From the human T2T-CHM13v2.0 reference genome, Homo sapiens, in NCBI RefSeq assembly GCF_009914755.1, contig NC_060948.1: a stretch of 64,000 bases of DNA. One strand, written 5' to 3'. Below the pieces are notes generated by a model that saw nothing but the letters and a program-made list of their open reading frames with translations, was not told the origin of the DNA and did not search any database. Each line of letters starts with the position of its first letter. Within the stretch, counting starts at the first letter, position 1. The position numbers and the translations under genes were made by a program. Shown piece after piece: positions 54,559-64,000 of this stretch.

Positions 54559-57500
54559 CCTGGAATAAAGTGGAATGCTACGGTCTCGAATGGAATAAAA
54601 ATGTATGGAATGGAATGCAATGAAACGGAATCGAATGTCATAGAATGTAATGGAATGCAAAAAAATGGACTCCAAAATCATTGACTGGAAAGGCTGGGTG
54701 TCGAAAGAATTGACTCCAATGGAATGGAATCGAATGGAATGGAAGTGAATAGAATCGAACTAAATCGAATGGAATGGAATTGATAGGAACGGAATGGAAA
54801 GGAATGAAATGATTTGGCATGGAATGGAATCGAATGGCATCGAATGGAATGGAATGGAATGCAATGCAATGGAATGTATTAGAATGTAATGAACTTTAAT
54901 GGAATGTACTCGAATGGATTCGACTGGAATGGAATGTTCTGGAAGTGAATGGACTCCAATGGAATGGATTGAAAAGGAATGGAATCGTACGGAATGGAAT
55001 CTAATGGAATGGAATTAAATGGAAATGAATCAAATTGAATAGCACGGAATTGAATTGAATGGAATCGAATGCAATGGAATCTAATGAAACGGAAAGGAAA
55101 GGAATGGAATGGAATGGAATGGGCTGGAATGGAAAGGAATCGAAACGAATGGAATGGAATCGAACTGAAGAGACTGGAATGGAATGCACTGGAATGGAAG
55201 GGAGTGTAATGGAAGGTTCTCGAAAAAAATGGAATCGAATGGAATGGAATTGAATGGAACGGAATAGAGTCGAATGGAATTGAATGGAATGGAATGGACT
55301 AGAGTGAAATGGAATCGAACCACAAGGAATGGACAGGAATAGAATGGTCTCGAATTGAATGGAATCGTATGGAATGGCATCAAACGGAATGGAATGGACA
55401 GCCACGGAAAGGAATGCACTCGAATGCAATGGAGTCGAAACTAATGGACTGGAATAGAATGGACTCGACTGGTACGGACTCCAATGGAATGGAATCGAAT
55501 GGAAGGGAATCGAACGGAATGGACTCGAAGGGAAAAGACTGCAATGGAAAGGTCTCGAATGGAATGGAAATTAATGGAATGGAATGGAATCGAATGAAAT
55601 GGAGTCAAAAGGAATGGAATCGAATGGCAAGAAATCGAATGTAATGGAATCGCAAGGAATTGATGTGAACGGAACGGAATGGAATGGAATCCAAAGAAAT
55701 GGAATAGAATGGAATGGAATCGAATGGAAAGAACTCGAATGGAAATCACTCGAATAGAATGCAATTTAATAAAATAGGATGAAATGTAAGGGAATGGAAT
55801 GGAAAGGAATCGAAACGAAAGGAATGGAGACAGATGGAATGGAATGGAACAGAGAGCAATGGTATAGAATGGAATGGAATCATCTGGAATGGAATTGAAT
55901 GGAATGGAATAATATGAAATGGAATGGAATGGAATGGAATGCCCTTGAATTAAATGGACTGGAATGGAATGGACTCGAACAGAGTGGAATGGAAAGTGTT
56001 GAGATAGAATGGAATGGACTCCTTTGGAATGGTCTAGTATGCAATGCAATGGACTGGCAGGGAATCAAAAGGAATGTAATCGAATGGATTGGACTGGAAT
56101 GCAATGGACTCGAATAGATTGGAAACGGAATGCAAAGGAATGGAATGGAATAGTATGGAATGGAATGGAAAGGAATGGAGTGGAATAGACTAGAGTGGAA
56201 TGGAATGGACTCGAAAGCAATGGACTGGAATGGAACTTTCTTGAATGGACTGGAATCAAACGGAATGGAATGCAATGCAATCAAATGGCATGGAATAAAA
56301 TAGAATGAAAGAGAATCAAATGGAATTGAATCGAATGCAATCGAATGGATTGGAAAGGAATAGAATGGAATGGAATGGAATTGACTCAAATGGAATGGAC
56401 TAGAATGGAATGGATTCGAATGGAAGGCAAAGGAATGGAATCTATTGGAATGGACAGCAATGGAATGGAAAGGAAGGGATTGGAATGGACTCGAATGGAA
56501 TGGACTGCAATAGAAAGGATTCGAATGGAATGAAAAAGAATTGAATGGAATAGAACAGAATGGAATCAAATCGAATGAAATGGAATGGAATAAATAGGAA
56601 TGGAATGAAATGGAATGGAAAGGATTCGAATGGAATGCAATCGAATGGAATGGAATCGAACGGAATGGAATAAAATGGAAGAAAACTGGCAAGAAATGGA
56701 ATCGAAATGAATGGAGTGTTATGGAACGGACTCCAAAGGAATTGAATGTAATAGAATGGAGTGGAGTGGACTCGAATATAATGGACTGGAATGGAATGAA
56801 ATCACATGGAATGGGAACGAATGGAATGGAATGGAAAGGAATGGAATCGAATGGAAAGGAATCGAATGGAAGGGAATGAAATTGAATCAACAGGAATGGA
56901 AGGGAATAGAATAGACGGTAATGGAATGGACTCGAATAGAATGGACACGAATGCTCAAATTGAATGGACTCGAATGGAATGGAAACGAAAGGAATGTCAT
57001 CGAATGGAATTGAATCGATTGGAACGAAATCGCATAGAATGGAGTGGAATCAAATGGAATTGAATCGAAAGGAAAGGAAGCGAATGGACTGAAATGAAAT
57101 GGAATGGAATTGAATGGAAAGTAAAGCAATGGAATAGAATGGAACGAAATTTCACGGAATGGAATCAAACTGAATGGAATCAAATCAATGGAATATAATC
57201 AAATGGAATGGAAAGGAATTGAATGGAGTAGATGGGATTGGATGGGATTGGAATGAAATGTACTGGAAAGGACTCGAATTTCATGAAACGGAATGGAATG
57301 AATTGGAACGGAATGGACTCGAATGGAATGGAATGTCATGGAATGGCATCAAATGGAATGGAATCGAATGCAATGGAATGCTATGGAATGGAATGGAATG
57401 CATTGGAATGGAATGTCCTCTAATGGAATGGATTCGAGTGGAATGGAATCGAATATAATGGAGTCGAATGAAATGGAATTGAAAGGAATGGGATCGAATA

Positions 57501-58076
57501 CAATGGAATATACTGGAATGTAATGTAATGAACTCGAATGTAATTGACTGGAATGGAATGTACATGAATGGAATGTAATCGAATGGAAAGTAATCCAATG
57601 GAATAGAATCTAATGCAATAAAATCGACTCAGATAGAGTAGAATGTAATGGAATGGAGTGCAGTGCAATGGAATGGAATGGAATGGAATGCAATGGAATG
57701 GAATGGAATGGGATGGAATGGTATGGAATGGATAGTAATGGACTGGAGTGAAATGGACTGGAAAGGAATGGACTCAAATTGAAAGGGCTCGAAAGGAATG
57801 GAGTCAAATGGAATGGTCTGGAATGGAATGAACACGAATGTAATGCAATCCAATAGAATGGAATCGAATGGCATGGAATATAAAGAAATGGAATCGAAGA
57901 GAATGGAAACAAACGGAATGGAATTGAATGGAATGGAATTGAATGGAATGGGAACGAATGGAGTGAAATTGTATGCAGTAGAAGAGAATAGAATGGAATG
58001 CAAGCGAAAGGAAAGGAATGGATTGGAATGGAATGGAATTCATGGGAATGGAAGGGAATGTAGTGTAATGGACAGG
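54559..58076 (+). repeat. DYZ1 unit H16, 3518 bp
   Basis: GGCC at 54557 and 58075; 1-bp deletion at ~54707. Confidence 0.9.
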
Positions 58077-61000
58077 CCTGGAATAAAGTGGAATGCTACG
58101 GTCTCGAATGGAATAAAAATGTATGGAATGGAATGCAATGAAACGGAATCGAATGTCATAGAATGTAATGGAATGCAAAAAAATGGACTCCAAAATCATT
58201 GACTGGAAAGGCTGGGTGTCGAAAGAATTGACTCCAATGGAATGGAATCGAATGGAATGGAAGTGAATAGAATCGAACTAAATCGAATGGAATGGAATTG
58301 ATAGGAACGGAATGGAAAGGAATGAAATGATTTGGCATGGAATGGAATCGAATGGCATCGAATGGAATGGAATGGAATGCAATGCAATGGAATGTATTAG
58401 AATGTAATGAACTTTAATGGAATGTACTCGAATGGATTCGACTGGAATGGAATGTTCTGGAAGTGAATGGACTCCAATGGAATGGATTGAAAAGGAATGG
58501 AATCGTACGGAATGGAATCTAATGGAATGGAATTAAATGGAAATGAATGAAATTGAATAGCACGGAATTGAATTGAATGGAATCGAATGCAATGGAATCT
58601 AATGAAACGGAAAGGAAAGGAATGGAATGGAATGGAATGGGCTGGAATGGAAAGGAATCGAAACGAATGGAATGGAATCGAACTGAAGAGACTGGAATGG
58701 AATGCACTGGAATGGAAGGGAGTGTAATGGAAGGTTCTCGAAAAAAATGGAATCGAATGGAATGGAATTGAATGGAACGGAATAGAGTCGAATGGAATTG
58801 AATGGAATGGAATGGACTAGAGTGAAATGGAATCGAACCACAAGGAATGGACAGGAATAGAATGGTCTCGAATTGAATGGAATCGTATGGAATGGCATCA
58901 AACGGAATGGAATGGACAGCCACGGAATGGAATGCACTCGAATGCAATGGAGTCGAAACTAATGGACTGGAATAGAATGGACTCGACTGGTACGGACTCC
59001 AATGGAATGGAATCGAATGGAAGGGAATCGAACGGAATGGACTCGAAGGGAAAAGACTGCAATGGAAAGGTCTCGAATGGAATGGAAATTAATGGAATGG
59101 AATGGAATCGAATGAAATGGAGTCAAAAGGAATGGAATCGAATGGCAAGAAATCGAATGTAATGGAATCGCAAGGAATTGATGTGAACGGAACGGAATGG
59201 AATGGAATCCAAAGAAATGGAATAGAATGGAATGGAATCGAATGGAAAGAACTCGAATGGAAATCACTCGAATAGAATGCAATTTAATAAAATAGGATGA
59301 AATGTAACGGAATGGAATGGAAAGGAATCGAAACGAAAGGAATGGAGACAGATGGAATGGAATGGAACAGAGAGCAATGGTATAGAATGGAATGGAATCA
59401 TCTGGAATGGAATTGAATGGAATGGAATAATATGAAATGGAATGGAATGGAATGGAATGCCCTTGAATTAAATGGACTGGAATGGAATGGACTCGAACAG
59501 AGTGGAATGGAAAGTGTTGAGATAGAATGGAATGGACTCCTTTGGAATGGTCTAGTATGCAATGCAATGGACTGGCAGGGAATCAAAAGGAATGTAATCG
59601 AATGGATTGGACTGGAATGCAATGGACTCGAATAGATTGGAAACGGAATGCAAAGGAATGGAATGGAATAGTATGGAATGGAATGGAAAGGAATGGAGTG
59701 GAATAGACTAGAGTGGAATGGAATGGACTCGAAAGCAATGGACTGGAATGGAACTTTCTTGAATGGACTGGAATCAAACGGAATGGAATGCAATGCAATC
59801 AAATGGCATGGAATAAAATAGAATGAAAGAGAATCAAATGGAATTGAATCGAATGCAATCGAATGGATTGGAAAGGAATAGAATGGAATGGAATGGAATT
59901 GACTCAAATGGAATGGACTAGAATGGAATGGATTCGAATGGAAGGCAAAGGAATGGAATCTATTGGAATGGACAGCAATGGAATGGAAAGGAAGGGATTG
60001 GAATGGACTCGAATGGAATGGACTGCAATAGAAAGGATTCGAATGGAATGAAAAAGAATTGAATGGAATAGAACAGAATGGAATCAAATCGAATGAAATG
60101 GAATGGAATAAATAGGAATGGAATGAAATGGAATGGAAAGGATTCGAATGGAATGCAATCGAATGGAATGGAATCGAACGGAATGGAATAAAATGGAAGA
60201 AAACTGGCAAGAAATGGAATCGAAATGAATGGAGTGTTATGGAACGGACTCCAAAGGAATTGAATGTAATAGAATGGAGTGGAGTGGACTCGAATATAAT
60301 GGACTGGAATGGAATGAAATCACATGGAATGGGAACGAATGGAATGGAATGGAAAGGAATGGAATCGAATGGAAAGGAATCGAATGGAAGGGAATGAAAT
60401 TGAATCAACAGGAATGGAAGGGAATAGAATAGACGGTAATGGAATGGACTCGAATAGAATGGACACGAATGCTCAAATTGAATGGACTCGAATGGAATGG
60501 AAAGGAAAGGAATGTCATCGAATGGAATTGAATCGATTGGAACGAAATCGCATAGAATGGAGTGGAATCAAATGGAATTGAATCGAAAGGAAAGGAAGCG
60601 AATGGACTGAAATGAAATGGAATGGAATTGAATGGAAAGTAAAGCAATGGAATAGAATGGAACGAAATTTCACGGAATGGAATCAAACTGAATGGAATCA
60701 AATCAATGGAATATAATCAAATGGAATGGAAAGGAATTGAATGGAGTAGATGGGATTGGATGGGATTGGAATGAAATGTACTGGAAAGGACTCGAATTTC
60801 ATGAAACGGAATGGAATGAATTGGAACGGAATGGACTCGAATGGAATGGAATGTCATGGAATGGCATCAAATGGAATGGCATCAAATGGAATGGAATCGA
60901 ATGCAATGGAATGCTGTGGAATGGAATGGAATGCATTGGAATGGAATGTCCTCTAATGGAATGGATTCGAGTGGAATGGAATCGAATATAATGGAGTCGA

Positions 61001-61609
61001 ATGAAATGGAATTGAAAGGAATGGGATCGAATACAATGGAATATACTGGAATGTAATGTAATGAACTCGAATGTAATTGACTGGAATGGAATGTACATGA
61101 ATGGAATGTAATCGAATGGAAAGTAATCCAATGGAATAGAATCTAATGCAATAAAATCGACTCAGATAGAGTAGAATGTAATGGAATGGAGTGCAGTGCA
61201 ATGGAATGGAATGGAATGGAATGCAATGGAATGGAATGGAATGGGATGGAATGGTATGGAATGGATAGTAATGGACTGGAGTGAAATGGACTGGAAAGGA
61301 ATGGACTCAAATTGAAAGGGCTCGAAAGGAATGGAGTCAAATGGAATGGTCTGGAATGGAATGAACACGAATGTAATGCAATCCAATAGAATGGAATCGA
61401 ATGGCATGGAATATAAAGAAATGGAATCGAAGAGAATGGAAACAAACGGAATGGAATTGAATGGAATGGAATTGAATGGAATGGGAACGAATGGAGTGAA
61501 ATTGTATGCAGTAGAAGAGAATAGAATGGAATGCAAGCGAAAGGAAAGGAATGGATTGGAATGGAATGGAATTCATGGGAATGGAAGGGAATGTAGTGTA
61601 ATGGACAGG
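58077..61609 (+). repeat. DYZ1 unit H17, 3533 bp
   Basis: GGCC at 58075 and 61608. Confidence 0.9.
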
Positions 61610-64000
61610 CCTGGAATAAAGTGGAATGCTACGGTCTCGAATGGAATAAAAATGTATGGAATGGAATGCAATGAAACGGAATCGAATGTCATAGAATGTA
61701 ATGGAATGCAAAAAAATGGACTCCAAAATCATTGACTGGAAAGGCTGGGTGTCGAAAGAATTGACTCCAATGGAATGGAATCGAATGGAATGGAAGTGAA
61801 TAGAATCGAACTAAATCGAATGGAATGGAATTGATAGGAACGGAATGGAAAGGAATGAAATGATTTGGCATGGAATGGAATCGAATGGCATCGAATGGAA
61901 TGGAATGGAATGCAATGCAATGGAATGTATTAGAATGTAATGAACTTTAATGGAATGTACTCGAATGGATTCGACTGGAATGGAATGTTCTGGAAGTGAA
62001 TGGACTCCAATGGAATGGATTGAAAAGGAATGGAATCGTACGGAATGGAATCTAATGGAATGGAATTAAATGGAAATGAATGAAATTGAATAGCACGGAA
62101 TTGAATTGAATGGAATCGAATGCAATGGAATCTAATGAAACGGAAAGGAAAGGAATGGAATGGAATGGAATGGGCTGGAATGGAAAGGAATCGAAACGAA
62201 TGGAATGGAATCGAACTGAAGAGACTGGAATGGAATGCACTGGAATGGAAGGGAGTGTAATGGAAGGTTCTCGAAAAAAATGGAATCGAATGGAATGGAA
62301 TTGAATGGAACGGAATAGAGTCGAATGGAATTGAATGGAATGGAATGGACTAGAGTGAAATGGAATCGAACCACAAGGAATGGACAGGAATAGAATGGTC
62401 TCGAATTGAATGGAATCGTATGGAATGGCATCAAACGGAATGGAATGGACAGCCACGGAATGGAATGCACTCGAATGCAATGGAGTCGAAACTAATGGAC
62501 TGGAATAGAATGGACTCGACTGGTATGGACTCCAATGGAATGGAATCGAATGGAAGGGAATCGAACGGAATGGACTCGAAGGGAAAAGACTGCAATGGAA
62601 AGGTCTCGAATGGAATGGAAATTAATGGAATGGAATGGAATCGAATGAAATGGAGTCAAAAGGAATGGAATCGAATGGCAAGAAATCGAATGTAATGGAA
62701 TCGCAAGGAATTGATGTGAACGGAACGGAATGGAATGGAATCCAAAGAAATGGAATAGAATGGAATGGAATCGAATGGAAAGAACTCGAATGGAAATCAC
62801 TCGAATAGAATGCAATTTAATAAAATAGGATGAAATGTAACGGAATGGAATGGAAAGGAATCGAAACGAAAGGAATGGAGACAGATGGAATGGAATGGAA
62901 CAGAGAGCAATGGTATAGAATGGAATGGAATCATCTGGAATGGAATTGAATGGAATGGAATAATATGAAATGGAATTGAATGGAATGGAATGCCCTTGAA
63001 TTAAATGGACTGGAATGGAATGGACTCTAACAGAGTGGAATGGAAAGTGTTGAGATAGAATGGAATGGACTCCTTTGGAATGGTCTAGTATGCAATGCAA
63101 TGGACTGGCAGGGAATCAAAAGGAATGTAATCAAATGGATTGGACTGGAATGCAATGGACTCGAATAGATTGGAAACGGAATGCAAAGGAATGGAATGGA
63201 ATAGTATGGAATGGAATGGAAAGGAATGGAGTGGAATAGACTAGAGTGGAATGGAATGGACTCGAAAGCAATGGACTGGAATGGAACTTTCTTGAATGGA
63301 CTGGAATCAAACGGAATGGAATGCAATGCAATCAAATGGCATGGAATAAAATAGAATGAAAGAGAATCAAATGGAATTGAATCGAATGCAATCGAATGGA
63401 TTGGAAAGGAATAGAATGGAATGGAATGGAATTGACTCAAATGGAATGGACTAGAATGGAATGGATTCGAATGGAAGGCAAAGGAATGGAATCTATTGGA
63501 ATGGACAGCAATGGAATGGAAAGGAAGGGATTGGAATGGACTCGAATGGAATGGACTGCAATAGAAAGGATTCGAATGGAATGAAAAAGAATTGAATGGA
63601 ATAGAACAGAATGGAATCAAATCGAATGAAATGGAATGGAATAAATAGGAATGGAATGAAATGGAATGGAAAGGATTCGAATGGAATGCAATCGAATGGA
63701 ATGGAATCGAACGGAATGGAATAAAATGGAAGAAAACTGGCAAGAAATGGAATCGAAATGAATGGAGTGTTATGGAACGGACTCCAAAGGAATTGAATGT
63801 AATAGAATGGAGTGGAGTGGACTCGAATATAATGGACTGGAATGGAATGAAATCACATGGAATGGGAACGAATGGAATGGAATGGAAAGGAATGGAATCG
63901 AATGGAAAGGAATCGAATGGAAGGGAATGAAATTGAATCAACAGGAATGGAAGGGAATAGAATAGACGGTAATGGAATGGACTCGAATAGAATGGACACG
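61610..64000 (+). repeat. Partial DYZ1 unit H18 (paralogue of H12)
   Basis: Shares the H12 variants at +21110 (62526, 62977, 63028, 63133). Confidence 0.88.

Larger units (their letters stand above)
1..64000 (+). repeat. DYZ1: Human Satellite III (HSat3) array, DYZ1 (Yq12 heterochromatin) family; (GGAAT)n-derived, ~3.5 kb tandem macro-unit
   Basis: The whole window is degenerate GGAAT pentamers (GGAAT, CGAAT, GGACT, GCAAT, TGAAT and others). Unique landmarks such as GGACAGGCCTGGAATAAAGTGG recur every 3503-3549 bp. The reverse complement read from the HaeIII site (CCTGTCCATTACACTACATTCCCTTCCATTCCAATGAATTCC...) matches my recollection of the start of the published DYZ1 unit. Confidence 0.96.
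29930..64000 (+). repeat. Six-unit higher-order duplication, period 21,110 bp (H9-H14, followed by a second copy from H15 that runs off the window)
   Basis: Unit lengths 3519/3518/3533 recur in the same order, ORF-track coordinates repeat at exactly +21110 (e.g. 32083/53193, 42652/63762), and more than 10 rare variants are shared at that offset. Confidence 0.85.

Noticed and set aside
1-64000. CRISPR-like or repeat-spacer array
   Set aside because: There is no alternation of constant repeats and unique spacers and no associated genes; the variable parts are degenerate pentamers repeated in every unit.
1-64000. HSat2, alpha satellite, DYZ2/HSat1B, Alu or L1 insertions, inversions
   Set aside because: I saw no HSat2-type CATTCGATGAT motif structure, no 171-bp period, no AT-rich or Alu block, and no strand switch.
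51040-64000. 21-kb duplication as a pure assembly artefact
   Set aside because: Four differences between the copies were seen, which favours a real duplication. An artefact is not fully excluded without reads.

Overview
The whole 64 kb window is one uninterrupted, single-orientation array of human Satellite III (HSat3; degenerate GGAAT pentamers on the + strand). It is organised as about 18 head-to-tail ~3.5 kb macro-units that I recognise as the Y-chromosome Yq12 DYZ1 family: one HaeIII/StuI site and one EcoRI site per unit, plus the sites of the classic Y1.1/Y1.2 sexing primers. I found no genes, RNA genes, transposons or CRISPR arrays, and every ORF in the track is a pentamer-translation artefact (MEWNG on +, IPFHS on -). 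The informative structure is internal. Unit lengths are 3503-3549 bp and vary only through 15-bp indels and one 1-bp deletion. There is a recent 6-unit duplication with a period of 21,110 bp, a single-unit tandem duplication, a 4-unit clade, and mosaic sharing of variants consistent with conversion or unequal exchange. Each unit also carries three perfect heat-shock elements embedded in dense TEAD-type motifs. I cannot support a new protein-coding system here. The best leads are the HSE array and the emerging higher-order repeat. All variant calls were made by eye and need alignment.
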